Under the pieces are notes generated by a model. That model saw nothing but the letters and a program-made list of their open reading frames with translations. It did not search any database and was not told the origin of the DNA. 64,000 bases of DNA from contig NW_027361671.1 in assembly GCF_039654945.1 (NCBI RefSeq), positions 67,084,001 to 67,148,000 on the forward strand. Direction: 5' to 3'. This stretch comes from Dendrobates tinctorius. Taxonomy: Eukaryota. Below are positions 41,315-53,399 of the stretch, piece by piece; within the stretch, counting starts at the first letter, position 1; each line of letters begins with the position of its first letter. A program made the translations under genes and the position numbers.

Positions 41315-43607
41315 ATGGCAGCAGCTGGAACACCACCCACAAGCATGGAGTGTGGCCACCAGGAAGACAGCACATCATCTTCTGGGAGCCCTCCCTCACA
41401 TCGTCAGCGTTTGACGGTAAGTTTTTATTTCCAAAATCAATCATCTCTGTAATATATGTCTATTCATTGCCTTTTATTTCAAAACAGGATTCACAAGATG
41501 AAGAGGAGCTCCCAGAAGAAGAAGGAAGGGGTGGACAGACACTTGGAGTGGGCTCACAATTGGTAAGTTTTTTGCATCAAACGCAGAAACACAACATCAC
41601 ACTACACACAACACATAGAAAACAATGTTCTGCAGACCACACACAGCAAACAAATGCCTACATCCAAAGACATAACATTTTTTGTTTTCTTCTCTAGTCT
41701 TCCCAATCTGGTGCTCGGCCAAGAGGTCCTCGCAGTGCCTCCCAGGGTCGTCGGCGACAGCAACGCGGCGGTCACCAGCGTGTAAGTATAAATATTTTTG
41801 CTTTGTTTTTTTGCACTTTTTATTTCATTTCTTTTGTGGAGGCTAATTATGTTATTTTTGTCTTTTTCTTTAACAGCCTTCACAGCGTGCTCCCGACTCT
41901 GACGGTGAGGATGGAGGACTCGATGTGGACCACCTCATCGATCTCGTCAGAGAAAGGGAGCCGCTCTGGAATATGGCTGACCGCCGCCATGCTGACCTTA
42001 TCGTTACCCGACGACTCTGGGAGGAAATCTGTTCGCTCCTTGTGGGCCGCTGGGAGGACCTCGATGCTCGGGCCCAGATTAAAGAGCGTAAGTATATACA
42101 GTACCGGTTACTTGATGTAAACCAGTGTTTCCCGAACTCCAGTCCTCGTGGTCCCCACGGATCTTGTGTTCAGGATTTCTATTTACTATGGAAATCCTGA
42201 AAACATGACCCCTGGGGACCATGAGGACTGGAGTTTGGGAAACACTGATGTTGTATACTAACCACTCCTTTCTCGTTTCAGGGAACAGAATTATGAATCG
42301 GTGGCGGTCTGTGAGGGATCGTTTCAAGAAGGAGTTCAATAAAGAGATGCGGGCCCCGAGTGGATCTGGAGGACGCAGGAGCAAGTACAAGTACGCACAA
42401 GCCCTGTCGTTCCTCCGGGAAACAATGGTCACTAGAAGGTAAATATTACACACCACATGTGAAAAAAAATGTTAGATGTAACTTTTTTTTTTCAGCCAGG
42501 GCCATACCATGTCAGTATTTTAATTGTTTTTTTTTCTCTTTATTCCACAGCACGGTGAGCAGCACTCGGGAGCCTGCACGATTGGACCCTTCTGAGGCGA
42601 TCCCTGAGGAGACCGGCACCGAGGGACACTTCGACCGCCCCGGTACATCTGCACCTTCCCAGCCTTCCCACACATTCGACCCATCTGTCCCATCCACCAG
42701 CACAGGAGCATCGTGGCCGCCTACATTACATGAAGCTGCTGGTGAGGAGATCGCTTTCCCTTTACCCCACCCTTCTGCCCCTGCCATCTCTAGTACACCT
42801 GCGGGTACTGGGCGGCAGCGGCAGAGGGGTCAGGAAAAGAGTTATGCGCCAGAGTTCTTGCATCTGAATGCATCTTTCCAGAACTGTCTAAAAGTCTTGT
42901 CAGAGCAAATCTCCGCAAGCTTTCAGCAGATCAACTCCAGCATTCTGGAGGTGAAGACACTTCTGCAAACCATGCATTCAGAAGCAAGATCTTCGCCAAA
43001 CCACACCTTTTTCAGGTCTGTTGTGGAGCGCATGGCAACACTATCTCCTACCCAGCAGATGCATGTAATGCATTCGTGCCACGGTGCTCTACAGCAGGTT
43101 ACCTCCCAACCTCCACCTCCCACCACTGTAGTTCCTCCACCTGCACCCCCTCCAGCCACTTTCCATCCTCCCCCTCCTATTACATCTGCACCCCCTCCAG
43201 CCACTTTCCATCCTCCCCCTCCTATTACATACCAGCAACCTCCCCAGTACCAGCAACCTCCCCAGTACCAGCAACCTCCCCAGTACCAGACATCTCCCCA
43301 CTTCCAGCAACCTGCCCTGTACCAAACTCCTTCCCCGTACCAAACTCCTTCCCCGTACCAAACTCCTTCCCCATACAACTTTCCATCAACATCATCTGCT
43401 CCTACAGTCCCTGCCCAACACTCCACTCCACCGCCCACCACCTCTTCTGCCTCCCACATGTCCACCCATTCTGTAGCTTTTTCCACACCATCACCTCTAA
43501 CTGTTCCTTCCCCACCACGATCCCAGTCCTCTCTCCACACTCCCATTGTCGAAGTGTCCCGCAGCCCCTCCAGCAGTATTTCCACCCCACACTACACCGA
43601 GTTATAA
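41315..43607 (+). CDS. 6-exon MADF (Myb/SANT-like) DNA-binding protein with BESS-like motif and Pro/Gln-rich tail, ~561 aa
   Basis: Exons 41315-41416, 41488-41562, 41698-41781, 41877-42087, 42282-42438, 42551-43607. GT-AG introns, in phase, 1686 nt without stops. LIDLVREREPLW...LWEEIC...RWRSVRDRFKKE; FFRSVVERMATLSPTQQ; AATAAA at 43620. An upstream coding exon is possible. Confidence 0.88.
42123..42247. mobile_element. 125-bp palindromic hAT-type MITE in MADF intron 4
   Basis: cagtgtttcccgaactccagtcctc...gaggactggagtttgggaaacactg; folds along its whole length; no clean 8-bp TSD. Confidence 0.75.
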
Positions 43608-44441
43608 TGTTTTTTTTGTAATAAAAATGCCCATTTGGTTGGTTTCAAACCTTTATTAAAAAAGTTTTTTTAACTTTAAAAACAGTTTACACAAAAAAAA
43701 ATATTTTAAATAAAAGTTAAATTATTGTTTACACTGGTTGTCTGTCATTTCTTTCTGCGGCGAAATATGTTTAAAAAAAAGGTTAAATACAGGGTATTTA
43801 AAAGGTAAAAAGGTATTCAAAACCAGGTATATAACTGTGGGTAAATTTTAGCTTTTTGCCACAGTTGTGTTCCTGGTTGTGTTTGAAGCAAAGTATTTCA
43901 CCTGAAAAGTTGTGTTTATTGTTGGTGATTTCCTAACAATGTACACAACTTTTGTTAAAAGGTGAAATACTTTGCATAAAACACAACCAAGTACACACCT
44001 GTGGCCTAAAGCTAAAAATAGAGACCATGACAAGATAGCCAACTTTGGTTGGCAAAGGTATATACTGTTGGTACAGAAGGTATCAGAACATCCATCTTCG
44101 CCAGTAACTTGCTCTTCTCTCCAACCTGCACTTTCTCCTCTACAACCTGTCAAAGAAGGGCTGTAGGAACATGCTATATATAGTTTTCCAGTAGCCAATC
44201 CCATTCGGAAGGCCACAAGGGTCAATTTTAAAAACCGGATCCGGTGTAATCCGTCGAAAAACGGATAGAAAAACGGATGAACCGGATTAGACGGATCCGG
44301 TTTTGTCTGTCAAGAACAAGACGGATCCGGCAGAAAACCGGATCCGGCACATCAGGTTTTACAAAACATTTGCCGGATCCGGCATTCCGGCACGACGCCG
44401 TATCGCGCCTGACGCCGAAAACCGGATGTGTGAAAGTAGCC

Positions 44442-45600
44442 TAAGTTTCTGGGTGTTAATGGCCTGTATGTTTCTATAAGTATGGACAGTGGGGGTGACC
44501 TGAGCAGCCTGGCAGTTCTTGATAGAGAATGAAAGAAGACTGTGGTCAGAGAGCAGGAGAGGGGAGTTTGCGAAATCATCCACTGCACAAAGCCAAGAGA
44601 AGACCAAGTCGAGGGAGTTTCCGTCTTCATGCATTGGGGAATTAGTAAGCTGCGAAAAGCCAAACGAGGAGGTTAGAGATAAAAGGTGAGTAGCAGATGG
44701 TGAGAGGGGAAGAGCAATGGGGATGTTGAAATCTCCCATGATGAGGGTAGGGATGTCACAGGAGAGAAAATGTGGAAGCCAAGTGGCAAAATGATCCAGG
44801 AACTGATGGGAGGGGCCGGGAGGACGATACACCACTGACACTCGCATAGAGAAGGGGGTGTAGAGTCTGACGGCATGGACCTCAAAAGAAGGGAAGACTA
44901 GTGAGGGTAGTTGAGGGATAACCTGAAAGGTACATTTTGGTGATAGGAGCAGACCAACGCCTCCACCTGCTCTATTGTCTGATCTTGGGGTTTGAGAGAA
45001 GTGTAGTCCCCTGTATGAAAGAGCAGCAGCAGCGGTAGTATCTGACTGCTGGATCCAGGTTTCAGTAAGAGCCAGGAGGTTAAGAGAATTAGAAAAGTCA
45101 TGAATGAAGGAGAGTTTGTTACACACTGAGTGAGAATTCCAAAGTGCACAATTAATAGAGACAGATGGCATGCAGGGAATATTAATAAGATTAGAGGGGT
45201 TTCTGAGTGGAGCAGTTGGGGGGTTTGACTTTCTATAACATGGGGACCTGGGTTGGGAGCAATGTCTCCTGCGACTAGGAGAAGGAGGATAGAAAGAGTG
45301 AGCAGATGGTTAAATGATTTGTGAGAGCGTCTCTTATGTTGAATGGTAGGACTGACTGGATCTGTGCAATTTAACAATGTGAAAAGAGCGTGAGTGTTAT
45401 ACATAGGAGAGGAAAGGAGTGAGGGGCCAATATGGATGGAGTGTAGAGAGTTAATGCCAGGGCGGTGGATGTGTGTGAATGCAGCGGCCAGGATATAAAT
45501 TACACAAATGCATATGGTATATATTTGTTGTACTCCAAATGTACAGGGAGTAGATGTATATAAATGTCTTACCTGTCTCCTGCCCTGTCTAACTGCCATG
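44442..45600 (-). mobile_element. L2-clade LINE 5' part (ORF2 leader with 2A-like motif + APE endonuclease), cut by the Harbinger element
   Basis: CALWNSHSVCNK, LALTETW, YRPPG, MGDFNI, LSDH; upstream LLLLVAGDIAPNPGP. Confidence 0.85.
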
Positions 45601-46024
45601 TTATAACTGCTAGTACTTTGATAAACTGTACTTCGATAAAGTGTGCATAAATGCTCCCCCTAGCTATGTCTGAATATATAGGAGGTTAAGGCTAAGATTT
45701 TTTTTTATTTTGCTCTCTCTCTTCTCGTTAATCAATCAAACTAAATTGAGACAGCAGGACCCAATAAAATGTTGTGGTTAGATAATTAATAAGTGACTAG
45801 CTTTTCTCCCAGCTTTTTTCAGCGCGAGTCTATCACAAATATTTATAATCCTTTTGATTTCCTTGTGGTTGGTATCTAGACTCACAGCAGTTAGAAATCC
45901 TTTCACACAGGCGCCACTTTATCTCTCTCCTTCATTTTTTTGTTTTTAAAATTTTTTCCCTGAACCTGCAGTTGGATATTTCCTTCTTTTGAATTCTCTC
46001 CTACCTATATTATGATTTTGCACA

Positions 46025-46410
46025 TTGCTTCCTACATACAGTACGAGCACCCACATAGCCTCCTATATACAGTATGAGGCCACATATAGCCTCCTATATA
46101 CAGTATGAGCACCCACATAGCCTCCTATATACAGTATGAGCCTGCACATCGCTTCCTATATACAGTATGAGGCCACATATAGCCTCCTATATAAAGTATG
46201 AGGTCACATATAGCCTCCTATATACAGTATGAGCCTGCACATCGCTTCCTATATACAGTATGAGGCCACATATAGCCTCCTATATACAGTATGAGGCCAC
46301 ATACAGCCTTCTAAATACACTGTTTGCCACCATATTGCCTCCTATATACAGTGTGAGTCCACATATAGCCTGTCATATACAGTATGAGCCCCTATATAGC
46401 CTCCTATATC
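46025..46410. repeat. ~31-32 nt minisatellite
   Basis: Unit cacatatagcctcctatatacagtatgag(gc), about 12 copies. Confidence 0.9.
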
Positions 46411-47753
46411 TAACTGCATTCACTTCGGTATCATTCATTTTCTATGAGACTGCTCTGTTCTCATGTTGTGCATTTATACATTTCGTAGGGCTTAATGGAA
46501 TTATTGTGCTTGTTACACATCAACTCTGAAGATGCGCTCATTTATTAGACTTTGGTTGGAGCAACTTTAAAATATAATAATGATAATGGTCCTGTCTAGT
46601 GACAAGTTTATTTTACAAGCTTCTGGAGAAAGGCATAATGCCAGTCATTCAAGGGTTAATTCTTTGGAACACTAAGAGGGACTTTCCAGCCAATGAAACA
46701 ACAGTATAAAACACCTGTGGTAACTATGGCAACTGTGCTGATGTCATAAACACATGCATCTATGATACAGGAGAAGATTCCAGAACCACAAGTCATTGTG
46801 CCGTAGGAGGAGCCGTACTTGATGTGTCTGGAGACCTGGAGCTTCATCACTCCACAATGGGAGGAAGGGGACACCGCCTAGCCAGCCAGATCAGCAATAC
46901 CGCCTAGCCAGCCAGATCAATGGGGTGACAAATGTTGCAGCCAGATCGCCCTCATGTCCAGTACTCGCCGCCTTTACCTTTATGTGTACCGCCTGGAGAG
47001 GTCGCATTAGGCTTCTCCATAACAAATATGATACAATGTACAAATTCTGGTAAGATTTGCTGTTACATGTTGGCATTAACCTTCTAAGCCCAAGGGAACG
47101 GCAGTCCTACAGCCATGGTTCCCTAGAGGTTTCCACCACAGGGGGTTTTTCCTCTCCTGAGTGCTGAAGGATGATTCTTCGTGAGTCGGGGGTTCTGCCA
47201 TTTTCAGTGTCTTTTTCATAGTAATTGGCTGATTCTAAATTTCAGACACTGAATGAAATAATAATTATGAGATTTGGAATAAAATTTGGTCCATTTAACA
47301 TCCAATAAAAGTGTTTTGTGTGTTTCTTTCACAATCTTGGGTTGGTGGGATTTTGTTAGGGATCAGGACCCAGCATCTATGATCAAGCCGTGAAGCCAGA
47401 TATGGAGTCGGAGCAATTTAACCCTGCGCTGGAAGACAGGACGGAGCAGAGATGACCAAGTGATACTGCACAATGAGCACAACTTCACACTCTTCCTTGC
47501 ATTCAGATACACGAGGGGATTCAGGGCCAAACTGGGACTAAAAAGCAGCACTTGTACACAAAATTCACCAGCCCATACACAATAAGTGTCCTCAACGAAA
47601 AATCGTAGAACACTGATAGTTCATGTGGGATTTTGCTTTATTCGTTACCAGGGCCAGAGAAAAGTATTTTGGTGCCCAAGGCAGATGAAGCCGAAGGCGC
47701 CCATTTTGCCTTTCTACCCGGCTAATTCTTCCCTTTTCCATTAGGTCTATGAC

Positions 47754-49880
47754 TAGAGTTGAGCGATACCGTCCGATACTTCAAAGTATCGTATCGGATG
47801 GTATCGGCCGATCTTTAAAAAAAGTATCGGTATCGCCGATTCCGATACCGGAAGTCCCATTCAAGTCTATGGGACTTCCGGTATCGGAATAAGAAAAACC
47901 CTTTCCTGCCCTTGTACAGCCTCTCTGGGGTCTGTACGGGCCTTTCGGGGGGCTGTGCCGGCCTGCCAGGGGGTCTGTGCAGGCTCCGGTGGTCTGTGCC
48001 GGCCTGCCGGTGGTCTGTGCAGGCTCCGGGGGGCTGTGCCGGCCTGCCGGGGGGCTGTGCCGGCCTGCCGGGGGGCTGTGCCGGCTCCGGGGGGCTGTGC
48101 CGGCCTGCCGGGGGGCTGTGCCGGCCTGCCGGGGGGCTGTGCAGGCTCCGGGGGTCTGTGCAGGCATCGTCCGATGGGACTACAAGTCCCATCGGGCGAT
48201 GCCTGCTACCATGACAGTGATTGACACATTAGCCAATGATGGGACAGTAGTAGTCCCATCATCCGGCTAATGTGTTAAATGTAAAAAAAAAAAAAAAAAA
48301 AATTACATGCTACATACATACAACATGCATACTACATACATGCTACATTCATACTACATACTACATACATGCTACATACATACTACATATATACTACATG
48401 CATGCTACATACATACTGCATGCTACATACATACCACATACATACTACATACATACTACATGCTACATACATACCACATACATACTACATATATACTACA
48501 TGCATGCTACATACATACTACATGCTACATACATACCACATATATACTACATACATACTACATATATACTGCATGCTACATACATACTACATATATACTA
48601 CATGCATGCTACATACATGCTACATGCATGCTACATACATACTACATACATACTACATGCTACATACATACCACATATATACTACATACATACAATACAT
48701 TCATACAATACATACATAGACATACAGTACATATAACATAGAGTAACATACTTACCAATACTTGTCACATTGTTCCCCGAAGCCATTGTCGTCTACGGAA
48801 TAAATATTAACATAACAAACCACAAAAATACTCACCCACGATCCGAAGCAGTCCACGAGTGTGTCCCACGACGATCTTGGGTAGAGAACAGCAGCATCAG
48901 ATGATGCTGCCGTTCTCTACGGGCTGCAGGAATCCAATGACGGAAGGTAGGTATCCTTCCGCACTGTATTCCTCCGCCACTTAAAAAAAAAAAGTCCCTA
49001 GTCTCACTTTATGCCATTGCTGTGTGGGAAATTCCCACGCAGCAATGGCATAAAGTGAGACTAGGGACTTTTTTTTTTTAAGTGGCGGAGGAATACAGTG
49101 CGGAAGGATACCTACCTTCCGTCATTGGATTCCTGCAGCCCGTAGAGAACGGCAGCATCATCTGATGCTGCTGTTCTCTACCCAAGATCGTCGTGGGACA
49201 CACTCGTGGACTGCTTCGGATCGTGGGTGAGTATTTTTGTGGTTTGTTATGTTAATATTTATTCCGTAGACGACAATGGCTTCGGGGAACAATGTGACAA
49301 GTATTGGTAAGTATGTTACTCTATGTTATATGTACTGTATGTCTATGTATGTATTGTATGAATGTATTGTATGTATGTAGTATATATGTGGTATGTATGT
49401 AGCATGTAGTATGTATGTAGTATGTATGTAGCATGCATGTAGCATGTAGTATGTATGTAGCATGCATGTAGTATATATGTAGTATGTATGTAGCATGCAT
49501 GTAGTATATATGTAGTATGTATGTAGCATGTAGTATGCATGTAGCATGTAGTATGTATGTAGTATGTATGTAGTATATATGTGTTATGTATGTAGCATGT
49601 AGTATGTATGTAGCATGCAGTATATATGTAGTATGTATGTAGTATATATGTGGTATGTATGTAGCATGTAGTATGTATGTAGCATGCATGTAGTATATAT
49701 GTAGTATGTATGTGGTATGTATGTAGCATGTAGTATGTATGTAGCATGCAGTATGTATGTAGTATGTATGTAGTATATATGTAGTATGTATGTAGCATGC
49801 ATGTAGTATGTATGTAGCATGTATGTAGTATGTATGTAGTATATATGTAGTATGTATGTAGCATGTAGTATGTATGTAGT

Positions 49881-49915
<35 letters not shown>

Positions 49916-50424
49916 AACACATTAGCCGGATGATGGGACTACTACTGTCCCATCATTGGCTAATGTGTCAATCACTGTCATGGTAGCAGGCATCGCCCGA
50001 TGGGACTTGTAGTCCCATCGGACGATGCTTGCACAGACCCCCGGACATCAGCACAGCCCCCCGGCAGGCCGGCACAGCCCCCCGGCAGGCCGGTACAGAC
50101 CCCCACAGGGTGCACAGACCACCGGCAGGCCGGCACAGCCCCCCGGCAGGCCGGTACAGACCCCGGGCAGTCCACACAGCCCCCCGGCAGGCCGGCACAG
50201 CCCCCCGGCAGGCCGGCAGAGACCCCCGGAAGGCCCGAAATGACGGCGCATCATGATGCGCACACACCGCGCATCATGATGACGTCAGGCCGTCAATCAA
50301 CTGAACTTCCGATTCCGATGCCGAATTCCGATATTGAAAAAATATCGGAAGTCGGTATCGGAATTCCGATACAGCAAGTATCGGCCGATACCCGATACTT
50401 GCGGTATCGGAATGCTCAACACTA
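47754..50424. mobile_element. 2.67-kb foldback (whole-length palindromic) hAT-type non-autonomous element
   Basis: TIRs tagagttgagc / gctcaacacta; exact 8-bp TSD tctatgac (47746-47753, 50425-50432); symmetry centre at 49031; mirrored GC 21-mer arrays and (TACA)-type microsatellites. Confidence 0.92.
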
Positions 50425-50698
50425 TCTATGACATCATGTGATTAATAACTGACGAGCAGAATCCTGCTAAGTCGGGCACATATACAATACATTTGTATCT
50501 CATGAACCTACAACTCCCAGTATGTCCTTAACAATGGTATGGAGATGCTGGGAGTTGTTATCAGTCTTTATCAGACTGCGGACTATATAGGAACCACAGT
50601 ACTGATGAGACGCAGTCAGTATCAACAAGTAAAAATGTACATCCTGGTACCTTATAAGTGACCTCTTCTCTGATTGAGTCTTTTCTTTCTCTTAGTCT

Positions 50699-52049
50699 CA
50701 TAGAATCATAGAATCATAGAATCATAGAATCGTAGAGTTGGAAGGGACCTCCTGGGCCATCTGGTCCAACCCCCTGCTCAAAGCAGGATTCGCTAAATCA
50801 TCCCAGTTAGATGTCTGTCCAGCCTCTGTTTGAAGACTTCCATTGAAGGAGATCTCACCACTTCTCGTGGCAGCCTGTTCCACTCATTGATCACTCTAAC
50901 TGTCAAAAAGTTTTTTCTAATATCTAATCTGTGTCTCCTCCCATTCAGCTTCATCCCATTGCTTCTAGTCTTTCCTTGTGCAAATGAGAATAAAGTTGAT
51001 CCTTCTACAATGTGACAGCCCTTTAGATATTTGTAGACAGCTATTAAGTCTCCTCTCAGTCTTCTCTTTTGCAAACTAAACATTCCCAAATCCTGCAACC
51101 TTTCCTCATAAGACAGGGTTTGCAGACCGGTCACCATTCTGGTCGCTCTTTTCTGAACTTGCTCCAGTTTGTTGATGTCTTTTTTAAAATGTGGTGCCCA
51201 AAATTGGACACAATATTCCAGATGAGGTCTGACCAAAGAGGAGTAGAGGGAAATAATTACTTCACGTGATCTAGACTGTATGCTTCTGTTAATACATCCT
51301 AGAATTGCATTTGCCTTTTTTGCTGCTGCATCACACTGTTGACTCATATTCAGTCTGTGATCTATTAGTATACCCAAGTCTTTTTCACATGTGCTGTCAC
51401 TTAGCCCTATTCCTCCCATTCTATATATGCTTTTTTCATTTTTATTGCCCAGATGTAGTACTTTACATTTCTCCCTGTTAAAAACCATTCTGTTAGTTGC
51501 TGCCCACTTCTCCAGTTTATTTAAATCTTTTTGAATCCTCTCTCTCTCTTCTCTAGTATTAGCTATCCCTCCTAGCTTTGTGTCATCAGCAAATTTAATC
51601 AGTTTACCCTCAATTCCTTCATCTAAATCGTTGATAAAGATGTTGAACAATACAGGGCCCAGGACAGAGCCCTGTGGTACCCCACTTGAGACATTCTTCC
51701 AACTGGATGTGCAGCCATTTACGACCACTCTTTGGGTCCGATCACTAAGCCAGTTATGAATCCACCTAACAGTTGCCTTGTCCATTCCATACTTAGTCAT
51801 TTTTTCAATAAGGATTGTATGAGAGACTTTGTCAAATGCTTTGCTGAAGTCAAGATATACTATATCTACAGCATTTCCTTGATCCACCCAATCAGTAATA
51901 CCATCATAGAAAGAAATTAAATTAGTCTGACATGACTTATTAGTTACAAACCCATGCTGACTCTGTTTAATCACTTCATTCTTATGCAGGTATTGACATA
52001 CATGTTGTTTAATAATTTGTTCAAAGATCTTTCCTGGTATAGAAGTCAG
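50699..52049 (-). mobile_element. 5'-truncated CR1 copy (RT C-terminal part, ORF open 50793-51974)
   Basis: Near-identical to 3953-5285; (GATTCTAT)n tail. Confidence 0.95.
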
Positions 52050-52699
52050 AGGAAAGATCTTTGAACAAATTATTAAACAACATGTATGTCAATACCTGCA
52101 TAAGAATGAAGTGATTAAACAGAGTCAGCATGGCCATCTTGTCCAGACGCCATGATGACTTTTCTCATCCACATCTCCTTTCTTTAGACTTCCCTTTTCT
52201 CCAGCCTCCTGCAGCACATCCCGACACGGAGTCCTTTCAAAATAACAGTATTATTAAAATGCTCCTGAATAAAAAATATCTGTCGATATTATGACCTAAA
52301 TAAGCCTCCTATAGTATATGGCCTCCACACTGTCCTGTAGTCCATCTGTTCAGAGATGGTAGCTGGGAAAACACAGAACAACAACTGAAACCATATCATC
52401 AGAACAGAAAGCAGGTTACATTCACTATATGCCAAAAACAGCCCTATGCCTTAAATAGGGGGATTGTAAAAGTGAGCACAATGGACACTACCAACATGGA
52501 ATTATCTACTAAAGACATGGAGTCAACAATCCACCAAGAAAATATAACAATATTTTGTATCATTAAATTGTAGCATCAAGAAGGCATACACGTATATATA
52601 CACATATCTCAGTACCCCAGATATTCACCTCATTGGGGATACAGTTGTGGCATGCCTTTATATGACTGGGGATCGTCTTTAACGTGCTCACACCATCCA

Positions 52700-53321
52700 C
52701 ATCCCCCCGTTGAGAGGAGGGTACTGTCATGATCCAGGTCCGGGTTTGCTTTTTGCTTTCACCTCTCTCTGGTGTGTGTGAGTGGCTATTTCCCTGCACT
52801 GTGGCTGGCAACTGATATCAGTGATAGTTCATGTCTTCAGCGAGAGCAGCTGACCTAGCATACCCTGAGTGTGTCCTTTGCTACCTGTCTGCCCGCATTT
52901 GTATTTGCTCCATTCCCTACCTCTGACTTAGTGCTTTCTGTGTGACTTTTCCCCACAGTGTATGACTCGGTTTGACTTCTGACCTGCCCCTCCATCTTCC
53001 ACTCCTGTTTTGGATTGTTCTGTCTGGCTCTTACCTTTGGCATGTTTCTGGCTGTGCTTTCGTCTTGTCCTCTTGGTACCGCACTCCCGATCGGCTTTTT
53101 GACCTCTGGCTTGCTTTAGACTTTGCACCTGCCTTCCCCTCTGATACTGCGTTCCTGGCTGTTGCTGACTTGGCTTGACCACTCTACTGCTCCCTAACGG
53201 TGTTTGTTCAGCTCTACAGGTCTTTGCTTGAGGTGAGCTCCTGTTACCTCCCTTCCTTGCCCTTTAGTGGTTGTCCCTGTATTGCACAACACTAGGACAC
53301 TCCAAGGAGCTGTTTACAACA
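52700..53321 (+). mobile_element. PPT + LTR of a sushi-type element
   Basis: ccccccgttgagaggagggtac|TGTCATGATCC, as at 17075-17106; right end approximate. Confidence 0.65.
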
Positions 53322-53399
53322 TTATTTCTTGATTGTGGCCTCTCACCTACTGTATGTTTCAAGAGGGATAGGAGTAGCTGCTGTGTAATGATGCACAAA

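Larger units (their letters stand above)
41190..44441. mobile_element. PIF/Harbinger element with no transposase and no visible left TIR
   Basis: Right TIR gtgtgaaagtagcc|TAA; clustered subterminal ccggatccg repeats at 44235-44430; contains the MADF gene. Confidence 0.8.

Noticed and set aside
42923-43585. 220-aa Gly/Trp-rich minus-strand ORF
   Set aside because: Antisense shadow of the Pro-rich MADF exon 6.
47781-50431. His/Tyr/Thr-rich and Gly/Pro/Arg-rich ORFs
   Set aside because: Microsatellite and 21-mer array translations within the foldback element.
50600-50622. CTGATGA-GAC-GCA-GTC hammerhead-like start
   Set aside because: No GAAA core or stem III follows.
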